In this document: one piece after another, positions 16,663 through 30,017 of the stretch
Layout: each line of letters opens with the position of its first letter
How positions within the stretch are numbered: position 1 is the first letter of the stretch
NCBI RefSeq assembly: GCF_009914755.1
Contig: NC_060939.1
Direction: 5' to 3' (one strand)
Length of the DNA stretch: 64,000 bases
From: the human T2T-CHM13v2.0 reference genome, Homo sapiens
Notes under the pieces: generated by a model
Told to the model about the DNA's origin: nothing
Databases searched by the model: none
What the model saw: only the letters and a program-made list of their open reading frames with translations
Position numbers and translations under genes: made by a program

Positions 16663-16882
16663 TTACTCAAGGGTCCGTAGCTAAGGTATAGCAGTAGTAG
16701 GATTCAAAGACAGGCCGGCTCCAGAAACCCAGGTCTTTACGATTACACCGAGCTGAGGCACAATCAGGCATCACTTACCTGCTGCTGTTGTTTATCTACT
16801 CATTTCCAGCATTAACAGCTGACTTTCATCGTTTCCAAGGTGCAAAATGAAAAAAAAAGTAACAATGAATAGTAAAACTTAC

Positions 16883-17104
16883 CTTTTGAATGGCCTCTTC
16901 CATATCCAACTCAAATTGTTCATTTTGTAATAATCTGAGAAATTGCTTGCGCTGAACACGGTTATCATTTTCATTCTGCACCATTTGATTCCTGATTTGA
17001 CTGTTGACGTTTTTTAGAGCTTGGACATGTAATTTTTTGCAGTAGTTTTCATCTACTAATTTCTGATGCCTTTCACTACAGCTCAAATTTCTCCTTTTGG
17101 AACC
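16883..17104 (-). CDS. MNS1: MNS1 exon 2 (222 nt, phase 0/0): GSKRRNLSCSERHQKLVDENYCKK...ELDMEEAIQK
   Basis: Acceptor T-tract...CATCGTAG|GGT at 17105/17104 and donor AAG|GTAAGT at 16883/16882. Matches ORF 16826-17086. Confidence 0.96.
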
Positions 17105-17431
17105 CTACGATGGAAGAAAAAAAAAGATGCATATTTTGATATTCCAAAATCTAATTTTAAAAAATGTATTGATATAAACCTTAGTAAGAAAGGATACGAA
17201 GAGCCTGGCTTCCTTCCTAAATTCAAAGGAGTATACCGAATAAAAAGTAAACGTGGTAAATATGTTCACATATCGATTAAATAGGTACTGTTATTATTAC
17301 CTATTTTATAGATGAAACATGAAAAGTAACTTTACCCAAGGTTCTGCAGCTAATAAATAGCTGTGCTAGGATTAATCGCACCCTACAGACCCAGATCTTT
17401 ACTACCACCAGGGAATTTCTCCTCCCCTCAT

Positions 17432-17470
17432 TCCACCCACCACCACCACCACCACCACGACTACCACCAC
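17432..17470. repeat. (CCA)n repeat in MNS1 intron 1
   Basis: Imperfect CCA run at the end of a MIR fragment. Confidence 0.8.
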
Positions 17471-17829
17471 AGGGCCATAAAGTGCTGTTCAGAAGCTGGT
17501 CAGATTTTCCTAACATAAATGTAATAGGTCAATTCGCCGCTATTTATCAATTCGCTTTCTCCTACACTTTTATATCTACTTATTTCTTCAGAGGTTCTAT
17601 TGGGCAGATTTAAAGATGTATTTAATACACTATGCGAAAAGTGCCAAAAAAGCTGGAAACCACCGCGAGCGTCCCTTCTAATAGCACCTGAAGCCTCCGA
17701 AAGCAAATACAAGTTCCCCAATTAATGACCAGATTAAGCACTTAAAATCCTTTTTTAGAAGCAGATGAGCGCCAAACTAGAATTAAATCAACAATAAACA
17801 AGTAGTTTCAAGTCCCCCAACTGGCTCAC

Positions 17830-17832
17830 CAT
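17830..17832 (-). CDS. MNS1: MNS1 exon 1 coding part (start codon only)
   Basis: Minus strand reads GCCAAG-ATG|GTGAGC, with donor GT at 17829-17828. A at -3 and G at +4 after splicing to GGT give a strong Kozak context. Confidence 0.9.
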
Positions 17833-17940
17833 CTTGGCTGACGAAAAATACCCCCTCTCGTGGGACCGCGGCCACCACCTCCCGCCGCAAACGCAGCAGC
17901 CAGCAGCCCCAAGGAGCGCACCTGGCTGCGCGCGCTCGGG

Positions 17941-17965
17941 TGTTTACGCGGCGTCTTGGCAACGG
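17941..17965. promoter_or_regulatory. Forkhead (TGTTTAC) plus RFX X-box half site (GTTGCCAAG, minus strand) plus MYB (CAACGG) cluster
   Basis: TGTTTAC at 17941-17947, TTGGCAAC at 17956-17963, CAACGG at 17960-17965. Motif match only. Confidence 0.6.
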
Positions 17966-19755
17966 TGGAGCTGCGCGCCCTCCGCTCGACCAAAAGTGAC
18001 CCACGCAGAACGTGGCCTCCCATTGGACGCGATAAGATACAATCGGCATTGAGCTTCTTAGGACCAGGGCAGGAGGGCTACTTCTATAGGTCTAAACTAG
18101 AAAAGCGGGAAGTTCAGACTGTGGCCTGACCCAAGCACTTTGCAGTGGGCTAGGGAAGCTCGATTTCCCTCCAGCGGCCGAACTGTGGTTTCAGTGGGTT
18201 TGGGAGCCAAGTTCGGGACTGTGGAGACTGCGCACAGAGAAATACGCAAACTACTGCCTAATGCATGGAGCCGAAGGAAATTTCCACGCATGGAGCATCC
18301 CGCACACTAAGTGCCTAGTCAGCCAGGTCTCTGCTAGGGACGATGACTGGTTTAATCCTCAGCAATGGGAGTCCAGGTCGCTGTCCCCTTTGCTGGGTTG
18401 TGAGGCACTGAGGGTAGCACGAGCTTCCAGCAGCCTTCACTTCACCCCCCCGCCCCCCCCCCCTCCCCGCAGAAGCTGCTGGTAAATTTTGGGACTAAAA
18501 TCTATGAGCCACATGAATCTTACTCTGCTATGTGGTCCAGGTACCAAGAGAGAGCACGTTACATGATGGCAGGATGTTGATCTGGTTCATTCCATAGGCA
18601 GGTTAGACACTAAAGTCCATTTTAAATGGGAAGTTTAAGAATGATAATGGATCAGAGAAATTAGATATACTGATTTTAGAAATGATACATTCAGAGAAAT
18701 CTTGTCAACACTAAAATATTTGTATAAGGTGATTAGTGGTATAACTTTGTGTTATTCTAATTTGGAGTCCGTCTTCTGTAGCAATATGTCTGCTTAAAGA
18801 TTAATAACAAATGGGACTTGCAGTTTCAGTGCTGACGTGTAAAAGCTTGGAAGTTGTCACCCCATCCTTACAACCAGATCAAAACAACTAAAAATCAGCG
18901 ACTTCTCTTGGTTCCATCATACAACTGAGGTCGCTCGTCTCTCTGTCCTTTGGTCATTTATCCCGTGGTTGCATATCTATGTTGTCTCTAGTACTCCACT
19001 CATTGCCATCACTGTTTGAGAGAAATGGAGAGAAGGCGTAAACCTGCCCTCTGGGTGTTCTGTGTAAATTGATCTGGAATGGAGCAAAGCAGGCAGCCTG
19101 CTATAAATTTCTCTTCTTGGCATATCCATCTCCGCAAAGGGTTGGGCACTGTATAGAAGAGACAGGAGACAGGCATGGGTTCAGGGTTGAACAGGGTATA
19201 ACACATTCAATAGAGTGTGGGGTTTAATTTGTTAATTCCTAATAGTGAAATAGTGACATTGCAAAGTATTTCAGCAAACATGTATGTTTTTTACTGTTTA
19301 CTTCTCGAAATGAAGACTTTCGTCTCTAAAGGGAACTTCAGTTATAATTCCTCATTTCCAGTATACCCTTGGATATGGTAGAAGGATTCATATAATTTCA
19401 TAGGTAATCTGAGAAAAAGATTTTTGGCCAGAATATTGACCTAAATCCAAGACAAATTTAATCAATTGTAACAATTAGCTGATTTTAACCTTTAAAAAAT
19501 TATCCTAACAATTACTACATTTTTAATAGACTTTGCTCCTTTTTCGAAGCAGTTTTAGGTTTACAGAAAAATTGACAGAATACAGAGAATTCCCCGTCTC
19601 ACCTCTCCTCCCCACCGCACCCATACAATTTCCCCTATTTTTAGCATTACATATTAGTGTAGTACATTTGTTACACTTGACGAACCAATATTAATATGAT
19701 TAAGTTCGTAATTGACATTAGGGTTCACTTTTTGTTTTGTACAGGTCTATGAGGA

Positions 19756-20036
<281 letters not shown>

Positions 20037-23000
20037 TGGGTTTTGAGAAATACATAATGTCATGTATCTGGCCAGGAGTGGTGGCTTGCACCTGTAATCC
20101 CAGTTACTTGGGAGACTGAGGCAAGAAGGTTGCTTGAGGTCAGAAAATTGAGACATATTGTCATATATCTATTATTACAGTATCATACAGAATAGTTTCA
20201 CTGCCTAAAAAGTCTCTGTGTTCTACCTATTCATTTCTCCCTCACTCCTTCCTCCCAAACCCCTGGGAACCACTAATCTTTCTATTGTTTCTATAGATTT
20301 GCCTTTTCCAGAATGTCGTATCTTTGGAATCATACAGTATGTAGCCTTTTCAGACCGGCATCTTTCCCTTAGCAAAACTCATTTAAAGGTTCCTGCAAAT
20401 CTTTATGTGACTTGATAGCTCATTTATTTTTATCACTAAATAACATTCCATTGCATGTCATTATTAAAAAACAATTATTACATTTAAATATTATTTCTAG
20501 TAATAAATTATTACTATCATAAATGATACTTCATTGTTAAGGGAGGACTTATGCCTTCCCAACATTACAAGGAAGTCTTCTCGTTCATTTCCCTCTAGAA
20601 AACAACTTTTTACCTACAAGTCTAGACTAAAATGTCTAGAGTACTGAGGGGAAGGAGCTTTTCCTTATAATGGATGATGAATTATACTGATTAATGTCCC
20701 CCAGTAGTTACAATATAACAGGGTTGAACTTAACAGAGTTGCTGATCTGAAATAAAGCATGTTAATAGATGTGCACTGTTAAGTGTAGCTATACAGTAAA
20801 ACTTATTTACGAAATGGTATTGCTTTATAAAATAAAGCAATTAGAACAAAACAATTTTTCTTTCGTTCAGAAAAATGCCCAAATCTAATCTAATTTGCTG
20901 CAGCTGGACACCACCTGCAGATGACTGTTGAAATACTCTGAACATTACACACTTATCTTTTAAATATTGATAATGCCATTCTTCATTTTCTCGACATGAA
21001 ATCCCAGAGGGAACAATTATGCTAATAAACCTTAATGATTCTTGCAAATAAGTGATCAAACCAAATTGCTGCTGTTGATTTATATTAATGGATGCCTTTA
21101 GGATGAGATTTGCTAGTATGGTGCTGCCTCTTGAATCTCAATTCATCTTATTTAGCTGAAGAGGGTACATAGTTTGTTAAATAGATGAAGTGTTTAAAAT
21201 ATAATGTGCTTGTGCAGTTTCTGCACTTCATAATGTTCAAGTATTACCATCTTGCCTTGTGGCAAATCTGCATTTAATGGTTTCATTGTATATAACTTCC
21301 TTTAGTACTTTTTCTGTCTGTCATATGCAGTTAGGAAGTGACTACTTTCTGGTTGATGCAGAATAGGCTAACTTCCATATATTGAATTTGATTGTTTCAT
21401 TAAGACAAGAAAATCTGTTTCTGGATATTTTAGCCACCATAATCTGGGAATCATATGGACTGTGTGATGATGTGATCAAGTGCTAAATAATTGTTAGGGG
21501 TAAAGAGACATGAAGAAATGGTTGGTGAGCTCACTGAAACCCAGGCTTAGTGGATGTCTTTCGTTCCTCGTCTCTCACTTTCACTTTTGCTCTTGCATCT
21601 TCACTATGTCTACAGGAATAGGAGATTGCTGACTTCATGAATTCTAGCATAACACTGAGAAAGAACTACAGAATTGTAATATATTGATTTCTAGGGTTGA
21701 GAACACTACACAGAAAGAATGCTTATTCATTGTAGATATGAATAAAAATTTACCTGGGTAATTTTATTGAAAAGCCACTATTTGTAAATGAGTAGTAAAA
21801 TAGAAGACTGGCATCTACATATTATGTATATAGGAATGGAATACAGAATTTGTGATGTCAAATAACTTGTGATGTCATTAGGAATTTGTTATATGATGCA
21901 CAGAGACTGTAATTTGGCTAGCGGTGAAGTAAAGATGACCATATTAAATTCATCATGAAGAGTGGAGGAATCCCCTTCTGAATTATATAAGCTCTTATTG
22001 GTAAAAAGAAAAGTATACATATATACCTATATTTATATAGAGATATATACATGTGTAAACTATGTTTATATGGATTTTTTTCATTTCTTAACTTTAAAAA
22101 GGTACCAAATTTGATGACATTTGATATATTTATGGCAATTTTTCTAGTGAAAACTTAACCAGACCAAAAATTTTAAACGACTAAAGGCACGATTTTATTT
22201 ATTGCAAAATTTTCTAATTTAGCAAAAAAACAAAAACAAAACACCACAAAAATGGGTGATCTAAACATGCAGTGTTTAGGGAATGGCTAATTAAATTGTG
22301 GCATATCAGCTATGTACCTAGAGAAGTGTGTCTGGAGGGCCAGAGGGGCCAGCCCAGAAGAGGCAAACTGTGGAAAACCTGAGCAGCAGCATCTTGGGAA
22401 AGGAGAATAACTGGGCACTCAGAAGCTGGGCACTGACTCTAAGGTCCTAGGGAAAAAGAGGAACACAGCTGCCCTCCATGGGGAACAGCAGATAAAGAAT
22501 GTGGTCACCAAGGAGGGAGAGCCAAAGAGGCTAAGCTTGCTGTGAGCACAGGAAGTAAGGCAGAGGCCCAGGGCTGTCTACATTGTCCTTGGACCCTGCT
22601 TGGACTGTTGGACTGCTGACAGATGTCTGGGAGGGAGGGAGAGAGACAGAGAAAGAGAAAGAGACACTGAATCAATTAACTGAAAGACCAAACAGGTAAG
22701 AACAGTCTAGCAGTTCTGTAACAACCTTGCCTTCATAATAGACGACAAAGCGCGTAAGGAAATGTAGTGGAAAACACTTGATTAATATTAGAAAACATTA
22801 TCCTGCTACCTTATCATTTATTGATTTATTGAGTGCCTCTTACGTGCCAATCACTTCACATGTAATTGTCTTTACTTAGTAAAACAACCCCATTCACTTT
22901 ATAGATGAAGAAAACAAGATTCAAAGGAAAGAATTAACTAGGCAAGCTCGTAGAAAGGGGTAATCATGGGACAGAGATTTGTACGAAGTCTGTCTCCTAG

Positions 23001-24143
23001 CTCATTTTTCATGAATCCAGCATTTTTCAAACTATGGATCACAAACAGTATTTAAAAAGAAATGGAATAGAATAGCCCAGAAAATATAGAGTGCATCAAA
23101 TCTAGTTAACTAGGTATTGTTTTGTGACACTTTTTAGTTCTAGATAGATGATTGATTGACCTATCAATAGATAGATAGAATGTATATATTGGGTCACGAT
23201 GTAAAATATGTATCTTACTAAGGGTGAAGGTCAGAAAGTTTTGAAAATGAGTTAGACCATATTGCCTCTCTTTCTCAATCTTAGGAAGATACCTCTTTGA
23301 ATTATAGCAAAGTTCACATTTTAAGAATTTTTCCCACAATGTCAATGGCATCACTCCACTCCAAATAATTTTTTCAAAGAATCACTGAATCAGACATATT
23401 TGAAGTATTTTCAACTAATTGTACCAATCCTTCCAATAATTATAGAGTAGTAAACCAAAGTGATTCCTCATTTACTCTTTCCTAGGCAAACCCAGCTTTG
23501 TTTTATTAAAATTTGTATTACAATTAATTACTCTGACTGTAATAAAAGATATGTTAACAGTATCATAGATGATATAACAATTTATACATAATGAAATGCG
23601 ATGTGCTCATAGAATATTATACAATATATGTTCTACATAGTATTTATAGAACAATAATGACAATTACTAAATTGTATTAGGTATCCAGTACTTGCTGATT
23701 TGTGTCCATATCAGCAATAACAACGATATTTTGTTAGAAGCAGAGACTTCCTAATTTGGAAGTATGGGGAATGCTAGGGAAAACTGATGCAGGCATAAAG
23801 GCAGCATCTGGAGAGAAAGGAAACAACACTTTCAATACTAATTTTATAAGCAGGTAGTGCCAAGGAATCCAATTAGATCAACAGGTACATGTGACAGGAA
23901 TCAAGGAAACAGATCCTTCCATCTGACCCATCCCACTGGAGATGGTGGGTAAACTTAATTAGTTTGCTTGGTCCTCTACTTGTTGATTTCTGTCCACATA
24001 TCAATGAGGAGTTCAATATATAGAGTGAAAACCTAACCTATCATAGGTCTCTTGTTTTATAAGATATTGCTATGAGGATTACAGAATAACCTGAACAACA
24101 AGGTAATAGTGGACTCTAAGGCAGCATTAGTCATAAAAGTAGC

Positions 24144-24168
24144 AAAAAAAAAAAAAAAAAAAAAAAAA
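24144..24168. repeat. A25 homopolymer
   Basis: Counted directly. Confidence 0.9.
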
Positions 24169-24859
24169 GAAAGAAAATGGGAAGAGTAAAAAAGTGAATA
24201 GCACCATAAGTGATGAGAGACATTCTTGCTTCCTATTTTTTTTATGCTTCTCTGGCTATTTCTCTACTAATGTATTCAGAGCAACAGTTACCAACTGTGT
24301 ACCTCTCCACCATATAATTCTGTTCCTTAGGGTTTTTCTTTCCTTTCCTAGTAGATATACCTAAGAAATAGTCAAATAATAATTCACAAAACCTAATCCA
24401 GCCCCTTAGTTCTTTAGAATCTGTTATAGTAACTGGCATCTGGTGACCTGAACTGAGCTGATAAATTTGATCAAATCTATGACATCATCAATGATATGCA
24501 CCATTATTTTATTCATCAGTAAAGAAGAAAACAATCCTACTAATTAAATTGTAGCAAATAATCTATTTAAAGATATCCCAATTTCAGAAAGGTTAAAATG
24601 CAAAAAAAAAAAGTCTTAGAATCTGTGAAAACATGGATTTTTTTTCTCTCTGGAAGTAAATTTTACTACAATGCATTTATCCTAATGCCGTGCCATCATG
24701 AGAGAGCATAAATGAGGAACTGCGATAATGGTAACTACAACAACCAAAGAGAAACCATTGCTAATCAGTCCCCACCAGCAGAATAAGATCCTAATTCCTA
24801 CTCAAGTTATGTATATTTTTATCCCTCCTTGGCATCGACCAGGGCAATCGCCACACTCT

Positions 24860-25291
24860 GCATCAGTTAGCGTCCTCTGAGTTGCAAATGCTGGGATGGA
24901 ATTGGATGGTCAAGAGGTTTATTTGGAGAAAGTCCTAAGAAAGCTAAAGAGGGAGGGGAAAAAGAGACCATAATATAGATCTAACACATAAAAGCAGAGA
25001 GGAAAAGAAAAAGGAGCCTCAAGCAGCAGCACAATTCTGAGAGAGTTTCTACCAGGCTAATGGGAAGTCTCCAAGCAAAGACTTCCCATTAGATATGTCC
25101 CATGTTGTGTCAAAAGCCCTGGCTCTCATATCCTGGCATTGGCCAGGAGTACTTAGGGGATAGCATGGTCTCAGCATGGACGCAGCAGCAAATCTGAATG
25201 TGTAGCATCTGGAGGTTCAGGGAGGAGCACCTTCCTTGCAGCAGGTTCCCCTAAGGACAATTCTGAGCAGGGCACTTCCATGGCTGCCACA
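24860..25291 (-). mobile_element. LTR33-like (ERVL) solo LTR
   Basis: Minus strand begins TGTGGCAGCCATGGAAGTGCCCTGCTCAG...GAACCTGCTGC. Confidence 0.65.
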
Positions 25292-26623
25292 CTGACATAT
25301 GGCATACCACCATGCTTCCCACACTGATAGTGGCTCTCATTTCCTCTGATCTTCTCATACATCATATTTGTTATTATTGCTGCCTCACTGAGCTCTTCTC
25401 TAAAAATACTCTACATGCTAGATTTTCTGCCCACATCTTGGAATCAGACACATAGAATCCTTGAGGGATGGCATGGCCTGCAAGTACCACCTGGATTAGA
25501 CATCACTCACACGGTCAAACTGCAATCCCTGTTTCCCAACATCCCACTTAAGGCAAAACACCTACTGCATCTCCTTCCCAGAGTTCGCCTGCTAAGTATG
25601 CAAATTAGGACACAGTTCTTCCCCACTCCCTTTTTACAACTGTTACTGCATAAAGAGTATGGAAAATGTTTCAAATTTTAAAAACTGAGGCTTGAAAACC
25701 CTTACAAGAAAACATTCGTGAGATGAATGTCCAGGTATTTTATAAAAGACTATAACAAAAGAACCATCTGTGTTCAAATAGTATGTCATGATCAGAAACA
25801 CAGAAACTCATACAAGCTTTAAGGATGCAATACTGAATCAATTTATAGGGTACGGTGGCAAGAATAGACAGTATCTTTGACCTTGAACAAGTCATTTAAC
25901 CTCCCTGATGTCTATTTCCTCTTCTATAAAATGAAGAGGATAGGGTAGAATATCCTTGAGGCCTCATGTAGCACTAACATTCTGTGAAATAAAAGTCAAC
26001 TTAGAGATTAATTGGGTTTCTGAGCCTCAAGCAATTAATTACACTGTCGCTGCCCTTTAACAGACCTGTCATAGAAGAAAATTAGATTAAACTGACAGAT
26101 TTTAATCTTCACCAACTCATGTTGATTTTAAGTCCAACATTATTTTTTAAGATTGCAAATTAATGCTTTCACAAAAGGTTCAAAAGCTTTCAGGCCAAGA
26201 AATTTGACCTGATAGACACATTGTAATACTTAAACCATTCTTTTCTATTTAAAAAAAGTTGTACTGACTTCCCCCCACCGCCCCCCTCCCCCCTAGTATT
26301 CAGAACCTCAGCAGGCACTCTGCTAGAGTTTTATGAAATGACAGTGGTTTTAGGAAGTTCTTCACCAATTTCTGAAATTCTCAAGGATATCTGTGATCAG
26401 GGAATTTAATTCTGCCCACGTCTACTTTATCTAATTCCATTATGTTCTCTTTATTTTTCTTTGGCTTTCTGCCTGCCTTCCCTTCCCTTGCCTTTACCTG
26501 TACTTGGGTCAACATTGAATTATTAATAGAAAGACATGTTGGTTTATTTTCTAGCAAATTTTTTAGTAAAAAAAAATCAGTTTGGATTTCCAGTTAATAG
26601 AGAAGTATCTCATCATATCCTCC

Positions 26624-26934
<311 letters not shown>

Positions 26935-28681
26935 TAATGCTTATGTATTTAAGCAGTACTGATATTTTCTATGTTTCTCTTAAATATTATAGTTCATATC
27001 TACTTTAGATTTAAAAATTAAATCTCAAAAGTTCTAGTTTATTGAACTTTGATTTCCAATATCCAGTTTCTACTTCTGTGTCATGTTTATTTGCACCAAT
27101 AATATCTCTGACATACAGAAAGGTGAGAAGAATAATATAAACACCCATGTATCCATAATCTGACACAAGAAAAAATGTGGAACCTGGCTCTGTGCATCAG
27201 AGCACCTCTCCTGTCTCATTTCTTCCACCCAGAGATAACATTGTACTGTATTTAATAGTGTTTATCATTCTTGTGCATGCCTTTATACTTTCAACTTGTA
27301 AGAGATATGTGATACTATTTTGCATGCTGTAATAAGATGGAGTCATATTTCTGCAAATCTCTTTAGACACCATGTTTGTGAGAATATTCCACTGTAGTAC
27401 ATGTACATCTACTTTGTCTTTGACAAGCTATGACTTATATTTTTACTTTCTCTAAAATGTCTATTAATGCACAGAAACTTTAAATTTAATATAGTCAAAT
27501 TTATCATTTTATGTTTTCTGCTTTTTGCCTTCAGTAATCATTTACTAATCTCAGATCATAAAGCTTTTCATAATACACCTTTAATTCACCTGGGATTTAT
27601 TTTGGATAATGTGAGGTAGGTGTCCAATTTTATTACTCTTTTGTCCATATGGATAACAAGGTCCCTGCACCACTATCTCTCCCTATTAATCTATAATGTA
27701 CTGATTTCATACTGTTTTAATTATGATCTGTTTATAATAATACTTGCTACCTTGTAGAGCAAGACCTTAATTTGTTCTTCTGATCATTTTTGGCTATTCT
27801 TTGCCCTCTATTCTTCTATATAAATTTTGATTTTCCTTGTCAAGTTTCATGGAAAAAACTGTTGAGAACTTTATTGGAATTTAATTGAATTTATGTATCA
27901 ACTTTTAAAAAGCCAAACAATTTAAATTCTATTCATGTACACGGTGCATCTTTATTTTGTCTTTTAAAAATGTCTTTTAAGTTTTATAATTTTCTCTATA
28001 AAGATTTCATGCTTTTTTGTTAGATTTATTCCTAGATATTTTAAATTATTTGTTGCTGTCATAAATAATATCTATATTATTATTTGGGGTCGAAACAGGA
28101 AACAGTACCCTCAAAGTGAGTCATTTAAAAAGATGCAGACGAGGTTTAAGGAGATCAGCAGGAATTGTACAGTACCCAGGAGCCAGTAACTTTGGGGAAA
28201 TATCACTACTCCTGAGTCTAAGGGAAAGGGGAGAAGGCACTTTTCTAGAGCCCAAAGATAGAAAGAGCTATGTGAAGAGACCCCTTTGATGGCAGCTGTG
28301 AACTTTGGTCAAAGGATGCAGCTCACCAAGAACAACCTCAGAGGGACAGTTGAGGCAACACAAACCTCATCTTCTTTTCTTCCTTCATTGGATCTTCTGA
28401 TGATGCAACCACAAGCTAAACCCAATGAGAGCTCAAAGAGCAAGACAGACAGTTAGTTGCCAGCCAGTCTTCCAAGGCACCACCAGTGTAGAGAAGGGTG
28501 GAGGGAAATCTGGAGGGGCAAGTAGATGTCCACCACTGTATCTTTTTCAAACTTAAGTTTCTGTTTTTGCTGGTGTCTTGAGAATGCAAATGATTTCTGT
28601 ATGTCAACTTTATATCCGCTAATCTTGCTGAACTTCATTTTAAGTTCTAATCATTTATCTGTAAACTGGCTTGAGTTTTTT

Positions 28682-30017
28682 TTTTAATATACTTTAAGTT
28701 TTAGGGTACATGTGCACAACATGCAGGTTAGTTACATATGTATACATGTGCCATGTTGGTGTGCTGCACCCATTAACTCGTCATTTAACATTAGGTATAT
28801 CTCCTAATGCTCTCCCTCCCCCCTCCCCCCACCCCACAACAGGCCCTGGTGTGTGATGTTCCCCTTCCTGTGTCCATGTGTTCTCATTGTTCAATTCTCA
28901 CCTATGAGTGAGAACATGTGGTGTTTCGTTTTTTGTCCTTGCGATAGTTTCCTGAGAATGATGGTTTCCAGCTTCATCCATGTGCCTACAAAGGACATGA
29001 ACTCATCATTTTTTATGGCTGCATAGTATTCCATGGTGTATATGTGCCACATTTTCTTAATCCAGTCTATCATTGTTGGACATTTGGGTTGGTTCCAAGT
29101 CTTTGCTATTGTGAATAGTGCCACAATAAACATACGTGTGCATGTGTCTTTATAGCAGCATGATTTATAATCCTTTGGGTATATACCCAGTAATGGGATG
29201 GCTGGGTCAAATGGTATTTCTAGTTCTAGATCCCTGAGAAATCGCCACACTGACTTCCACAATGGTTGAACTAGTTTACAGTCCCACCGACAGTGTAAAA
29301 GTGTTCCTGTTTCTCCACATCCTCTCCAGCACCTGTTGTTTCCTGACTTTTTAATGATTGCCATTCTAACTGGTGTGAGATGGTATCTCATTGTGGTTTT
29401 GATTTGCATTTCTCTGACGGCCAGTGATGATGAGCATTTTTTCACGTGTCTTTTGTCTGCATCAATGTCTTCTTTTGAGAAGTGTCTGTTCATATCCTTT
29501 GCCCACTTGTTGATGGGGTTGTTTGTTTTTTTCTTGTAAATTTGTTTGAGTTCATTGTAGACTCTGGATATTAGCCCTTTGTCAGATGAGTAGATTGCAA
29601 AATTTTTCTCCCATTCTGTAGGTTGCCTGTTCACTCTGATGGTAGTTTCTTTTGCTGTGCAGAAGCTCTTTAGTTTAATTAGATCCCATTTGTCAATTTT
29701 GGCTTTTGTTGCCATTGCTTTTGGTGTTTTAGACATGAAGTCCTTGCCCATGCCTATGTCCTGAATGGTATTGTCTAGGTTTTCTTCTAGGGTTTTTATG
29801 GTTTTAGGTCTAACATTTAAGTCTTTAATCCATCTTGAATTAATTTTTGTATAAGGTGTAAGGAAGGGATCCAGTTTCAGCTTTCTACATACAGTTAGCC
29901 AGTTTTCCCAGTACCATTTATTAAATAGGGAATCGTTTCCCCATTTCTTTTTTTTTCAGGTTTGTCAAAGATCAGATGGTTGTAGATATGCGGCATTATT
30001 TCTGAGGGCTCTGTTCT
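28682..30017 (-). mobile_element. 5'-truncated L1PA (about PA4) with 13-bp TSD; retains an open ORF2p C-terminus (28891-29751)
   Basis: TSD GCTTGAGTTTTTT at 28669-28681 and 30018-30030. The 286-aa ORF is the L1 ORF2p C-terminal Cys-rich domain. Confidence 0.95.

Larger units (their letters stand above)
17650..18330. promoter_or_regulatory. CpG island / MNS1 promoter
   Basis: The only non-repeat CpG-dense, GC-rich stretch in the window. It spans exon 1 and has CCAAT on the minus strand at 18022-18026. Confidence 0.88.

Noticed and set aside
17826-18023. Upstream out-of-frame ATG ORF as an MNS1 uORF
   Set aside because: The ATG lies within the CCAAT box (CCAATGG), which is probably upstream of the TSS, so it cannot be shown to be transcribed.
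18325-18342. Second X-box (CTGCTAGGGAC) suggesting a divergent promoter
   Set aside because: The match is too degenerate, and no plus-strand gene structure could be supported.
28891-29751. 286-aa ORF as a gene
   Set aside because: It is the L1 ORF2p C-terminus of a 5'-truncated, promoterless copy.
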